A stretch of DNA of 46,671 bases from a virus: the UHGV virus genome UHGV-0040636; one strand, given 5' to 3'. This document shows, in pieces, positions 28,273 to 39,902 of the stretch. The position numbers were made by a program, and so were the translations under genes. The notes beneath the pieces were generated by a model. That model was not told the DNA's origin. It saw nothing but the letters and a program-made list of their open reading frames with translations, and did no database searches. Position 1 is the first letter of the stretch; every line of letters begins with the position of its first letter.

Positions 28273-30186
28273 TTAATTATCTAAAGATACAGACAAGTGA
28301 GAGCCTGGCAAAATACGCAGTTGGTTACCAGCCCTGTTATCGATGCTGAATGACTGATTTTTGAAGTCTAGCGTTGTTCTTGCATCAATGCTCATAGTTA
28401 ATGTTCCAGCAGTTGCTGGTAATGTGAACAGCATCGAGTTTGTACCATTTGGAAGAACCACTCCAGTAGGAACTGTTATTCCAATAGCTTGAGCATTGCT
28501 TGCTGCCCCACCTGAATATGCGAGGTTAATATTAATCTTAATCTTGCTATATCTTGCAATAGTCATTTGCAGTTGATTTATGTAAGACCCAACTGCAACA
28601 TCTTTTGATGCAGATACATAGTCGTACTTTATTGACCAATTCAAAGTTTGGTCACCAACTGTAGGAACGTTGGAAAGCTTAACTGGCCTAGCAAGTGATA
28701 ATGCCTCTCCAGAACCAGAATATGAAAAATCAGAAATCGAGCAGTTACTGCCTGACTCCCCATTAAATACAATCCCTGCCCCAAGAGTTGCATCTGTACT
28801 AATCCCACGGATATTAATATTGGCACTCCCGTTCGCTACAGAGATGGCAGTGTTACCTGGAGTTGCAGATACAATCTTTAAGTCGCTGATATCAATTGCC
28901 GCTATGTTTGCCCCAATAGCAAGACACGTTCCTGCCTTAGTGAACAGGAGTTCCCCTGTTATCCTGGCATGCATAGTTACAGGACCAGAAGTTTGGTCAA
29001 GGAAGCGAACTTTACCGCCAAACATGCCGTTAAAATAAAGATCTCGACAGTGAGTTGTTGTAGTCGGTCCGCGCACGGTAATAGCATATCCGGTATCAGA
29101 ATTACATGCCGTGTAGCCACCATTTAAGGTGAATACAAATATATCGGATAGATCAATTGTATTTTCGAAATTATCTATTGTGCAGTCTGAAATATGCCAC
29201 CCCTCACTGTACTTGCTTGCACCACCTGAACTTGTTATTTTTATACCAGAAGTATCAGTATCACTCGTGGCACCGTATATAACTGATTTTTGAATGGTAA
29301 TCTCTACAGACTTACCATTGCTAATTATTCCGTTTCTGCAAAATAACACACAACTATCAATGAATATTGTTCGTACTGCCTTATCGAAAATAAGAGCGGC
29401 ATCTATAGTTGCCGAGGAGATATGGACACCACTAAGTTTTAATAATTTAGCATATTGATTGCTTGCTGTAGGCGCATCTGTCTGGCCTTCCAACTTCATG
29501 AATGCACCAGCAGTCCCTCTCACTAATGAGCCTGTGAAATGCATACCAAGATTATTACCCTTAAAAAGGAAGATAGGTGCAGAGCCTGTGTCCGCAACTA
29601 TTTCTGACGACCTTGCATCAACAGCATATCCATCAGGAAATTCTATGGTAGATGTTATTAGCCACTTTTTACCTACTAAAGAAATTGGTTTCCCAGTTGC
29701 TATAACAGCTTTTATTGCATTTGTATCATCCGTCACTCCATCACCTACACCACCGAAATTTTCTGGCCTTACAAAAGGAATAGCGTTTGTGATTTCAAGT
29801 TCATGCCTCAATGACGCATCGCCAACACTAACCCACGCGCCAATCCCAATACCGCCAGCAGTTTCAGGGGTAGAACCTACAGAAACGGTTTTAGGAAATT
29901 CGCCATCCCAGCGGTAATATTCGCCAGTTGCTTCGTAACGCAATGTCTGATTAGGTAACGTCAGTGTCGCACCTTCTTCAAAACTGTCCATCGTGATATA
30001 GCCATAGTTGCGCATGGCTTCTTCTGCTGTGTATTGGAACCCGGCGATAGTAAACCGGCGAACGCCGAAACGATCGGTGTAGTAATGCGTATCAGAGTTA
30101 ACAACTTCGTCGATTTTCCCTGCATTAAATTTCAGATCGCGCGGGTCTTCTGACGGAATTGGTTTATTGGTTGGTGTGGTAGCCAT
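28273..30186 (-). CDS. tailspike / tail fibre with pectate-lyase-like right-handed beta-helix (putative polysaccharide depolymerase)
   Basis: FVRPENFGGVGDGVTDDTNAIKAVIATGKPISLVGKKWLITSTIEF is the typical N-terminal rung signature of pectate-lyase-3-type phage depolymerases. 637 aa, last gene of the tail operon. Confidence 0.65.
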   Translation of the reverse strand: MATTPTNKPIPSEDPRDLKFNAGKIDEVVNSDTHYYTDRFGVRRFTIAGFQYTAEEAMRNYGYITMDSFEEGATLTLPNQTLRYEATGEYYRWDGEFPKTVSVGSTPETAGGIGIGAWVSVGDASLRHELEITNAIPFVRPENFGGVGDGVTDDTNAIKAVIATGKPISLVGKKWLITSTIEFPDGYAVDARSSEIVADTGSAPIFLFKGNNLGMHFTGSLVRGTAGAFMKLEGQTDAPTASNQYAKLLKLSGVHISSATIDAALIFDKAVRTIFIDSCVLFCRNGIISNGKSVEITIQKSVIYGATSDTDTSGIKITSSGGASKYSEGWHISDCTIDNFENTIDLSDIFVFTLNGGYTACNSDTGYAITVRGPTTTTHCRDLYFNGMFGGKVRFLDQTSGPVTMHARITGELLFTKAGTCLAIGANIAAIDISDLKIVSATPGNTAISVANGSANINIRGISTDATLGAGIVFNGESGSNCSISDFSYSGSGEALSLARPVKLSNVPTVGDQTLNWSIKYDYVSASKDVAVGSYINQLQMTIARYSKIKININLAYSGGAASNAQAIGITVPTGVVLPNGTNSMLFTLPATAGTLTMSIDARTTLDFKNQSFSIDNRAGNQLRILPGSHLSVSLDN

Positions 30187-32629
30187 TATAATAAATGCTC
30201 CTTTGTGAATTTGATGTATATTGTATCACGATGATGGGATGGTATATTCGTACATGTCATCGCTGTATTCACTCATGGTCAGAGTGGTAGTCCCATCACT
30301 TCCCGGATTCTTTTGACTGACAACCCATAGCGTGGTGTCCAGTTCTTTCTCTGTGCTCAGGACATAACGAGATTCGGATTGTACGTTTGTACCGTCCCAG
30401 ATATTTAGCTGAAAATCAGACGGCAGGTTGCATGTGAATGTATGCAATCCGGTTACTGTAGATGGCAATCTGCCTGATGTGCTTCCATCCGAACTGGTAA
30501 TCACAACATAAAGATTATCATCAGCCGTTAGCTGCTCGCTGGTTGTGAATACGTTTCCGTTGCGCGCTTCAATAACGCCAGTCTGTTGTACGTCATCATA
30601 CATGTCGACGACCTGAATCATATCCCCTACATTAACCCATTCTCCATCCGCCAGTGCCTTAATTTCCATGCTGCGGCGGGAATAGATAAGGCGGCGGCAT
30701 TCAAGTATTGCCCGGTCAACAGCCTGATAGCGATTGCGAACATAAAGCATGTCGAATTTCTTCGCTTTGGTTGGTTCACCCTCGACAATTCCGCTGTCGG
30801 TAATTCGATAATAAACATTGGCCTGCTTATTTGTTGTTGGGTCGCGATACTCGATGTTAACGCCATCAAAAGTGCCGGGAAGACTGATATCGTAACTCAG
30901 TTTGTAGCCATCGCTCTGTGTGTTTCTGGTATTAAATACAGTTGCCGGATATTCTCGTTTCTCATCGCGCGAGAAACTTATTACGCCATCATCCCAGAAT
31001 GCAGTGACACGCGCCGCATCACAAATGGTTTGCAGACGCTCACCGATGCTCTTATCCTCATCATCAAACGTGTAATCAAAATAACCAAGACGCTCATCAG
31101 GCAGGCTGTCGGAAATTTCATACAGCTTCACAATATCAATCGTGTTTTCTGGATTGCCAGCGGTAATCAGCCAGTTGTGTAGTACGGCATCAGCAAAGCT
31201 ACGGGATGGCGCAAGTGTGTAGCGTACAGTGCCAGTATCACGGTTGTATCCGATGGTATGGCGCGTTATTAAGGCATTGTATTTCCTGTCACGGCTGCCT
31301 GTGGCGTTCTCGGTGGCGCGGACAATGACTTTAACTACCGTGTCATCTGGATACGAAACATTGTTACGGGTGACGATTGAATGGACTTCATCAAGCTGAA
31401 TGATCGATTGCTGTGTGCTGTTGTTAGTCCTTGTAAACTGAACAGCGTATCTGGCATTCCCATATGATGGAATTATTTTCCTTGTGTAATAGTAGGTATC
31501 CGCCCCGCCAGCCACAAAGGTATATGTGGTTGATTGGTATGAGCCTGCAATCTGCACGTTATCATCATCCACCGCCCACCACTCAGCTTTGACAATAGCA
31601 CCCTGATCTTCACCAAATTGAGCAACAAAGTGGAACCACAGCTGATCACCTTCTATCGGTGAGAAATACGGTCCTGAAACAAGAGGTTGGTTGTCAGTAA
31701 GGTTGAAGTAAGTGTTATTGATGGTTACGCCATTTAAGGATGATATCGGCGCGCCTGAGTAGTTAATGTTATTAATTATAAATGTGTACCAGTAATCAAC
31801 AGGTGGAATATTTCCATCATCTGTTTCTGATGCTGACACAAGACTACCTGACAAGGTGACGTTTTCAGTGACCGACGCGCCGCCTCCAAGCGCGTAAGTG
31901 ATGTTTAGTTTGAAAACCACATCATGAGGCATAACCAGATCAATGAAGTAATCGAAAGCGGAATTTTTTGGTATTTTTACAGCTATTTGTCCGCCAGCAA
32001 AGTCAGTGCTGGTCACCGATGTTGTTGTGGCTGACTCAATGACAACAGAGTTAGTGTCGTTTGGCCCATACAGTTCCTGACCGTCAACATCATCAAATGC
32101 GTAAGGTTCAAGAACAACCGGAATAACTTCTCCAGGCTGATAAATTGTATAGCTCGCACCAGCCAGTGAACCTAGGTTTGACTCGGAGTAACGCACGGAA
32201 GAAACATCATATTTGCCGAGGCCAAAGTTCATGAACTCGGTGACATATTTAATATTGTTGATGTATTCGAACAATGATTCTTGAAGCAAATCAGGAAACG
32301 CACGAATCTGCCCGAAGTTATCAGGACGCGCCTCGCCGTTGCGCGCAATATTCGTTTGCGCTTTAAGGCTAGTGTTTGGTGATGTTTTTGAGCCGGTATC
32401 CGTTTTTGGCGTGGATACTTTCGGCGTAAGAAATGAGAAAATCTTCGTTACTGGTTTCAGTATCGCACCGATCAGGTCGCCAATTGCGCCGGATGGTTGG
32501 CAATAAACGTTGACCACATCGCCATCACGCAAGCAGAAGGAAAGCTCATCATCTTCACCAAGCACTCTGCCATTTACCGCAATTGAAATGCTGGCTGGAA
32601 GATTTGATTTATTAAGCCACTTCCACAGG

Positions 32630-34014
<1,385 letters not shown>

Positions 34015-34015
<1 letters not shown>

Positions 34016-36351
34016 TATTCGGTTGCTCTCCGGTTTGCTGAGTAGTTGCGGCTAATGCTTTGCCCTATTGGGCCGTTGTTTTCTATGTCACTAACGATAG
34101 TTTCAATCGTCACGCTGCCGTCACCGTTATCTCTGGCGCTGCTGCTAACCTGCGCTGAGCTGTTATTTATCACGTTATTATAAACCACAACGCCACTGCC
34201 ACTTCCGGTAATGTCTTTGTTGCTGATAACACGACCACTATCGCCCGGTATCATGTACTGATGACCGTTGGATGCCTGGAATATCTCAGGTAGGTTGTTC
34301 TCGCCCACCCTGTACATTGAACCTTCCTGAACTGGCCCGCCGTTTTTCAGCGCGCCAGCAATAGATAGCGTTTTTGCAAGACCAACTGTTGCAGATATTC
34401 CAGCCATAGCGGGCGCTGAGTTTGTGCCAGCTGTGGCGAGGGATGTCATTGCGGCAGCTGGAGCCATCGCGGCTGATATTGCCGCAGCTTGAGCTATTGT
34501 CGCCGCAGAAGCTGCACTCATTCCTGCAGCACCCATGATGGCTGATTTGGCCCAGTCTATACCCATTTGCACAAACGCATTGATAACGCTGGACAGGATG
34601 TTTGAGCCAATTGATCGCAGTGCATCTGATACAGACATTGAGCCAGTGAGAATGCCGGTTAACGCGTTTCCAGCGGTCTGTCCGAAAGCATCAAAAGCCG
34701 CCGCCGCTGCTTGTGTTGCTGCGTTTTGCTGACTCCACTCCTGCCACATTGCTTCAATTCTTTGTTGTCTGTACTGTTCTTCAATGGTAGCTCTGGTTTG
34801 CTGTATCTCTGCCATCTTTTGCGGATACGCTTTGGCATACGCATCCAAATCAGCCATATCCTTCTGATAGGATGTTTCTACAGCAAACATTGGTGAGGTT
34901 TGCGATTTTAGCGCACTGTATCCTTTTACAGCATCTATTCTTTCCTTCTCCGCTGCCGCCTGTTCCTTCAATGCGTTCTTCTGGTCCCAAATCTTCGCAG
35001 CGTACTCGCCAGCAAGTTTTATTTGCTCCTGAGTTGCCGCCTTGCCAAGCGATTGCTGCGCATTGAGGATGGCTTGCTCGCGTGAGAGTTCGCTGGTAGA
35101 TGTGGCGTTGAGCATGGTTTGCTGGCGTAACTTCTCCAGCTTTTCAGCTACTGACTCAGCTTGTCGTTCTTCTGCGCTTTTACCCTTCCCTTTTCCGTCT
35201 TTTGGTGGTGTTTGCGGCACTGTCAAATGCGACTGAGCTTCTGCTGCTTCTCCTGTTGACTTCGTTACGGCATTCATGTCTGAGACCAAAGTTGCAGCCT
35301 GATTTGCTACCGCCGCTATTGCCTGATTTTGTGCCGCCCATCCGTCAATGCCAACCCATGACCAAGTTCTCGCTCTGCGACTGAACATTTCTGCAGTTGA
35401 CGTCAAATCAGAAATAACCTCTGCTGCACTTGCAGATTGACCAGTAAGTCTGTTTATTGCTGAAGTGATGGAATCAATAACGGAAACAAAAGTGGAACTG
35501 GCTCCAGTTGCTTCGTTTATGCTTGCTATCATTTTTGCAAATGATGTTTCAAGACTGCCAGTGGCCTGAGATATAGAGCGCGGCAGTTTTGCGAACTCGG
35601 CATTGACGACGCTTGTTCTGTCCTGAATGGCGTTCAGTGCATCTTCTGCTGTCAGTTTGCCATCGAGCATTCTGGCGCGAAGTTCACCCATTGAAATGCC
35701 AAGACCTGCCGCTATCTGGCGTGCAAGTTCAGGCATCTGCTCAAGGATGGAGTTAAACTCTTCCGCACGTATTGTGCCAGATGCTATTGACTGACCGAAC
35801 TGGCGCAGTGCGTTAGCCATTTCTTCAGTTGATGACCCGCCGATTCGACCTATCTTTTGCAGGGTATCTGTAAGGTTAAGAACCTGCGCATTTGTCGCTC
35901 CAGCCTCTTTCAGTGATGATGTCAATGTTTCCCACAGCTTCGTAGTGTCACTGAGGCTTGCACCAGTGGTAGAGGCGATATTTGCCAGTGAACTGAATGT
36001 TTCGTTCGCGGTTTTCGCATCAGTTGACAGGCGAGCAATCCTTGCCTGAAGCTGCGTCATGTTATCAGCAACCTCAAGGAATCGCTTGCCCCATTCGATA
36101 ATCAGTGACACCGATATTGCGCCAGCCAGCATCGACATGCTGGTCTTGAGTCCTGAAGCCGCGCCGCCAGCGTTCTTCATCCCACTGCCAGCATTTCTGG
36201 CGTTTTTGTCCAGCTTACCAAGAGCGCTTGTGGTTTTGTTGGTTGATGATTCAAGGTCACCTAAAGTCTTATTGGCTGTTGTCGCGCCAGCTTTCAGGCC
36301 TTTAACATCCATCCCGACTTCATAGACAATTCCGCCGACTTCTTCAGCCAT
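34015..36351 (-). CDS. tail tape measure protein
   Basis: 778 aa, Ala/Gln/Ser-rich, helical, low complexity. Gly-rich C-terminal segment. Standard position after the chaperone gene. Confidence 0.8.
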
Positions 36352-37067
36352 TATGTATTCCTCGCTTTTTTCGCTTTGCGTTCAGCCAGTGCCTTCATGC
36401 GCTCACGGTCTGCTTTGGCCTGATCGTACTCTGCCGCGCGCTCTTCTTTCGTCAACCCTTTCGGCTCTGGATATTTATTCTTAATCATCATCTGAAATTC
36501 TGTCATAGACAGGTTTTCTGCCTCATCGCGCGTCATGTCGAAATGCGTGCGTGCTGAGATGATGTATTGAGACGCATGAAATTCGTTTGTGGTCTTCTTG
36601 CCTTGTTCTTCCAGACGCTCAGGAACTTTTAGTGGTGACTTGCCAATGATTCCGTGCTGCATCAGGTTGCGCGCAATAATAATAATGTCGTTCACTGGCA
36701 TGATGCCGGGAACATATCGCACACCGCGCGGTGTTGGCTTCCATCCACCAATCAACACGGAAACATCATCTTCACAGCATGATTGCATGACAATATAGGC
36801 CGCGCTCAGTACATGGCGACCATACACTGGCTTGCTGATGGTCTTCATGATCTGCATCTGCGCACCAAATGGCAGGTATTCGATATGCTGCAATGGCGTA
36901 ACATAATCAATGCCATTGAGTCTGGCGTACACCTCAACAATTTCCTTTGGTGTGCCGATTTCATTCATGGCGCGAAATGATGGCTTAAAGAAAAAACTCC
37001 TGTCAGAAAGCGAGATGCGCATCTCTCCGATTTCTGTTAGTGGCGTGCGATTGCTCATGTTTTGCAT
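36351..37067 (-). CDS. tail assembly chaperone (G/GT-like, putative)
   Basis: Directly upstream of the tape measure gene (TAATG junction) with a basic C-terminus. No frameshift site could be placed. Confidence 0.45.
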   Translation of the reverse strand: MQNMSNRTPLTEIGEMRISLSDRSFFFKPSFRAMNEIGTPKEIVEVYARLNGIDYVTPLQHIEYLPFGAQMQIMKTISKPVYGRHVLSAAYIVMQSCCEDDVSVLIGGWKPTPRGVRYVPGIMPVNDIIIIARNLMQHGIIGKSPLKVPERLEEQGKKTTNEFHASQYIISARTHFDMTRDEAENLSMTEFQMMIKNKYPEPKGLTKEERAAEYDQAKADRERMKALAERKAKKARNT

Positions 37068-37107
37068 CCTGAATTTGACTGATGTTGATTATATCATCTC
37101 AGTGGTG

Positions 37108-37137
37108 TTGACACCTGCTAGGTGGTGATGTAGATTC
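37108..37137 (+). promoter_or_regulatory. sigma70-like promoter TTGACA-N17-TAGATT containing the recurrent element
   Basis: TTGACA 37108..37113, TAGATT 37131..37136. GTGATGTAGATTC at 37125..37137. Drives the plus-strand moron embedded in the tail module. Confidence 0.6.
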
Positions 37138-37171
37138 AAGTCATCGAAACGAGATATGAATGAGGTGAGTT

Positions 37172-37366
37172 ATGGATGTTGTTATTTTGTTGCTTTTTGC
37201 TGGATTGGTTATATTTGTTTATCTTCTCCCATCATTTGTGGCATTGCAAAGAAAGCACGCAAATACGACCGCAATCTGTGTACTGAATATTCTTGTCGGA
37301 TGGAGTTTTATTGGGTGGGTTGCAGCACTTGTATGGGCATTAGTTAACAGTGGCGACAAGAAATGA
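37172..37366 (+). CDS. superinfection immunity protein (Imm-like small membrane protein)
   Basis: LLPSFVALQRKHANTTAICVLNILVGWSFIGWVAALVWAL matches the ARKH.N..AIF.LNLLLGWTGIGWI.AL.WAL signature of the Imm_superinfect family as recalled. Two TM helices. Confidence 0.6.
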   Translation: MDVVILLLFAGLVIFVYLLPSFVALQRKHANTTAICVLNILVGWSFIGWVAALVWALVNSGDKK

Positions 37367-37506
37367 ACGAACAGACAAAAGCGGACCTGATTTTCTACAC
37401 TGAGCTGTATGTTGATGCAGGTTACGACTACGAAGAAGCTGAACGAATGGCGAAAGACTTACTCCGCGTGATTGGTGTGATTTTTGATGAGGATAAGGTG
37501 ATATGA
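37363..37506 (+). CDS. hypothetical small acidic protein (47 aa)
   Basis: ATGA coupling on both sides. Below the ORF-track cutoff. Confidence 0.35.
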   Translation: MNEQTKADLIFYTELYVDAGYDYEEAERMAKDLLRVIGVIFDEDKVI

Positions 37507-37859
37507 AAAATTATGAAGATATGAGTGATTCACAAATAGCGCAAAAGGTTTTCTTTTTTGTGAGTAGCAATCTTTGCCCAAACGGAGGGTTAGCTCACAT
37601 CAGTTCAGATGGATTCTTCTTTTTTGATGACAAAAATATTAAGAGGAAGTTTGACCCATGCAATAATCCAGAAGATGCTGAGCCTATTATTATTGAAAAC
37701 AGAATTGGCACTATTCCAGCACCAGATAATGGATTGTGGAAAGCTGCGCACAGAAAGATTGGCAATGATGATACGCCATACTATTTTACTCAAGACAAAA
37801 ACCCACTACGCGCTGCCATGATTGTATTTCTAAAAATGAATGAGGATAAGGTGATATGA
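37503..37859 (+). CDS. DUF2591 (lambdoid NinX-like) protein
   Basis: C-terminal NPLRAAMIVFLKMNE and the central CNNPEDAEPIIIENRI match the NinX/DUF2591 signature (NPLRAAMICFL) as recalled. Confidence 0.55.
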   Translation: MKNYEDMSDSQIAQKVFFFVSSNLCPNGGLAHISSDGFFFFDDKNIKRKFDPCNNPEDAEPIIIENRIGTIPAPDNGLWKAAHRKIGNDDTPYYFTQDKNPLRAAMIVFLKMNEDKVI

Positions 37860-38056
37860 GTAAGTGGATTAAGTGTAGTGAGATGCTGCCTGGAAATGGG
37901 TGTACTGATAAGGAGTTCCTGGTGTATGAAACGTTGAATAACGCAGTTCAGCATGATTATTACATTGTCCCTGACGACGAGAGAAAGCCATTCTGGAATC
38001 ACTATAGTAAGTACGTGACTCACTGGATGCCACTACCTGAGCCACCACAAGAATAA
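37856..38056 (+). CDS. DUF551 phage protein
   Basis: MSKWIKCSEMLP...VTHWMPLPEPPQE matches the DUF551 pattern (WI.CSERLP...THWMPLPEPP). Confidence 0.6.
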   Translation: MSKWIKCSEMLPGNGCTDKEFLVYETLNNAVQHDYYIVPDDERKPFWNHYSKYVTHWMPLPEPPQE

Positions 38057-38057
38057 A

Positions 38058-38088
38058 ACAAAGCCCCTTTCGGGGCTTTTTCTTTATC
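38058..38088. terminator. bidirectional rho-independent terminator
   Basis: AAGCCCC-TTTC-GGGGCTT followed by TTTCTTTAT. Ends the moron and the leftward major-tail transcript. Confidence 0.7.
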
Positions 38089-38803
38089 AGGATACGGTGC
38101 ACGCCGTGCTGATAATAATCTCCGGGTCAGTAGATGAGTCAGTTACCGTGACGGTATATACGCCAGCGGTTGGACTTGCCAGAGACGCGCCAGATTCACC
38201 ACTAACTACCGCGCCGTCTTTGCGCCATACATAAGTGTAAGGAGCAACGCCACCTTCAACAGCAACAGTTAACGGACTGCCAGCACTGCCAGTTGATTGC
38301 AGGTCGGTAGTGAATGCCAGAGGTTCAAGGCTTTCGACGGTAACGCTGTCAGAATCGTAAACCTTAAACTCAAGGCTGCCAGTCACGATGTCGTTCGTGC
38401 CACCTTCGTAGCTGATGCTGGTAATGTTGCAATACGCGGTAACGATAGTTGCACCAGTAACCTGACGCACCCACAAAGAAGGCTGGCGACGTGCTTTCAG
38501 TTCAGTGGCGTAAATCTCAACCAGACGATGGAAGCCAAACTCATCGCTTGGGTCATTTTTGCGGATTTCCACTTCTGCACTGATGGTCATATCAGAGCTG
38601 GTAACGAGAGTGGAAACAAAGCCGCCAGCGGTATCAGCTTCCGACGTGGTGGTCTGCGGTGAGTAGTCAACGCCTTTACTGGTGGTTGAGCCTAAATACT
38701 TCCAGTCTTCTGCATCCGGAACTGCGTCACCGCACCCTTCAGCAAGGAACAGTCGGGTCATACGACCGACCAGAACGCCTTTATCATTTGCACAAATAGC
38801 CAT
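38087..38803 (-). CDS. major tail protein with C-terminal Ig-like (Big_2-type) domain
   Basis: 238 aa. The C-terminal 80 aa (GSPLTVAVEGGVAPYTYVWRKDGAVV...GVYTVTVTDSS) is a typical bacterial Ig-like domain, as on lambda V-type tube proteins. Followed by a strong terminator. Confidence 0.65.
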   Translation of the reverse strand: MAICANDKGVLVGRMTRLFLAEGCGDAVPDAEDWKYLGSTTSKGVDYSPQTTTSEADTAGGFVSTLVTSSDMTISAEVEIRKNDPSDEFGFHRLVEIYATELKARRQPSLWVRQVTGATIVTAYCNITSISYEGGTNDIVTGSLEFKVYDSDSVTVESLEPLAFTTDLQSTGSAGSPLTVAVEGGVAPYTYVWRKDGAVVSGESGASLASPTAGVYTVTVTDSSTDPEIIISTACTVS

Positions 38804-38854
38804 TTCGATCTCCGAATTGTGTTAGCTGCTAACGTGGTGATTATACCACAGGTG

Positions 38855-38884
38855 TTGACAGTGATTATTTTGTGGTGTAGATTG
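38855..38884 (+). promoter_or_regulatory. sigma70-like promoter TTGACA-N17-TAGATT facing a non-coding stretch
   Basis: TTGACA 38855..38860, TAGATT 38878..38883. TGGTGTAGATTG copy at 38873..38884. Confidence 0.55.
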
Positions 38885-38889
38885 TATTT

Positions 38890-39364
38890 CAGATGGTTTT
38901 CGCGAGCGACTTTGCGGACTTTTTAGAAACTGACCACAAAGATAAATGCAAACGATGATGTTGTTCTGATGGCGGCGTAACAGCCTGTAAGTCAGCAAGG
39001 TCTTCCGATTCCTTGTAAACAAATTCGGCGCACTGCGTCCCTGAGGTGTGATTAATAAGTCAGGGAACATAACAGGTAAGAGCATTGGCGCATATCAGCG
39101 GAACTCGAACCCATTGCGCAGGCGACACAGACGTGTGTTTCAGTGCTCTTGCCGTTGTGGTTCTTAATAGTTCGCCTGTGTAAATAGCGTCCGTAGTTGG
39201 AATAACGGAAGTGGCAAGCAACATCGGCAACCACAACACTTAATATCCAGCGTTATCGCAATCATATGTAGGGGTATGTATGGGTTACGGGGCTGGATAT
39301 TAAGAAAGCACGCTGGCAATGCTTAAACCAGTAATAAGGCCGCCAAGTGCGGCTTTATTTATTT
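38890..39364 (+). ncRNA. candidate non-coding transcript (~460 nt) between promoter 38855..38884 and terminator 39336..39364
   Basis: No plus-strand ORF longer than 21 codons. Contains a 13-bp perfect inverted repeat CTTAATATCCAGC/GCTGGATATTAAG (39239..39304) and ends in GCCGC-CAAGT-GCGGC plus TTTATTTATTT. Confidence 0.35.
39336..39364. terminator. rho-independent terminator (strong on plus strand; possible attenuator for the leftward tail operon)
   Basis: GCCGC-CAAGT-GCGGC followed by TTTATTTATTT. Overlaps the stop codon of the 39359..39775 gene. Confidence 0.55.
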
Positions 39365-39775
39365 CACAACCCGCAAAAGCAGCTCATGCACAGGTCTCTT
39401 CTCTTCCGTTAACATCGGCCTACCAAGTGGCGCTTGCAACTGGATGTAGTTCACGCATGAATCAATCGGATGTGTCTTGATGTATTCGATAATCTCATTG
39501 GCCTTCGCATCAACATCAGCCACGTTATACTGCCCATGTTTGCCAACAACATACAGAGAGAAATAGAAATCACCGCCGAGTCCATCCATAACCTGCGTAC
39601 CGCCATTGGATTGCAGGACAATAAATTGCTCATTGCCGTCTCCGGTGTCATTCCAGAACTGCAACTGCGAAGTCCATCCATCATACAATCCAGCATCCTG
39701 AAGATATGCATCAACCAGCTCAAGCATGTTCATATTAAACCCCAATATTGCAATATCGATGCACATATCATACAC
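39359..39775 (-). CDS. tail terminator / tail completion protein (putative)
   Basis: 138 aa. Position between the HK97 gp10-like gene and the major tail protein, interrupted by the HNH insertion. Confidence 0.4.
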   Translation of the reverse strand: MYDMCIDIAILGFNMNMLELVDAYLQDAGLYDGWTSQLQFWNDTGDGNEQFIVLQSNGGTQVMDGLGGDFYFSLYVVGKHGQYNVADVDAKANEIIEYIKTHPIDSCVNYIQLQAPLGRPMLTEEKRPVHELLLRVVK

Positions 39776-39902
39776 TACCTATGTCACGTAGGCGTGGAAC
39801 CCGAAACGACACACAGGCAACAATGAATTTAACGCCCTTGTCAGTATGGTTTGTTGCAACCATGTTCCACCTGACAGGGGCGTTCCCTTTTGGAGTGAGT
39901 AA

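Noticed and set aside
30586-31182. 198-aa plus-strand ORF inside the J-like gene
   Set aside because: It lies antisense within a large structural gene. It is isoleucine-rich and of low coding quality, with no start context.
36351-37067. Programmed -1 frameshift (G/GT-type) in the tail assembly chaperone gene
   Set aside because: The only heptamer-like slippery run (TTTTTTC near 36970, minus strand) lies about 30 codons into the ORF. That is too early to generate a G/GT pair. No convincing site was found near the 3' end.
39085-39135. tRNA-like T-arm resemblance (GGAACTCGAACCC)
   Set aside because: I could not build an acceptor stem, D-arm or anticodon arm around it. The similarity is probably fortuitous. 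A tRNAscan-SE run would settle it.
38822-39234. Minus-strand ORFs 38822..39085 (87 aa) and 39052..39234 (60 aa) in the tail-module gap
   Set aside because: The sequences are low complexity (R/H/Q/S/N-rich). There is no RBS and no coupling. The region is better explained as a non-coding unit with its own promoter and terminator.
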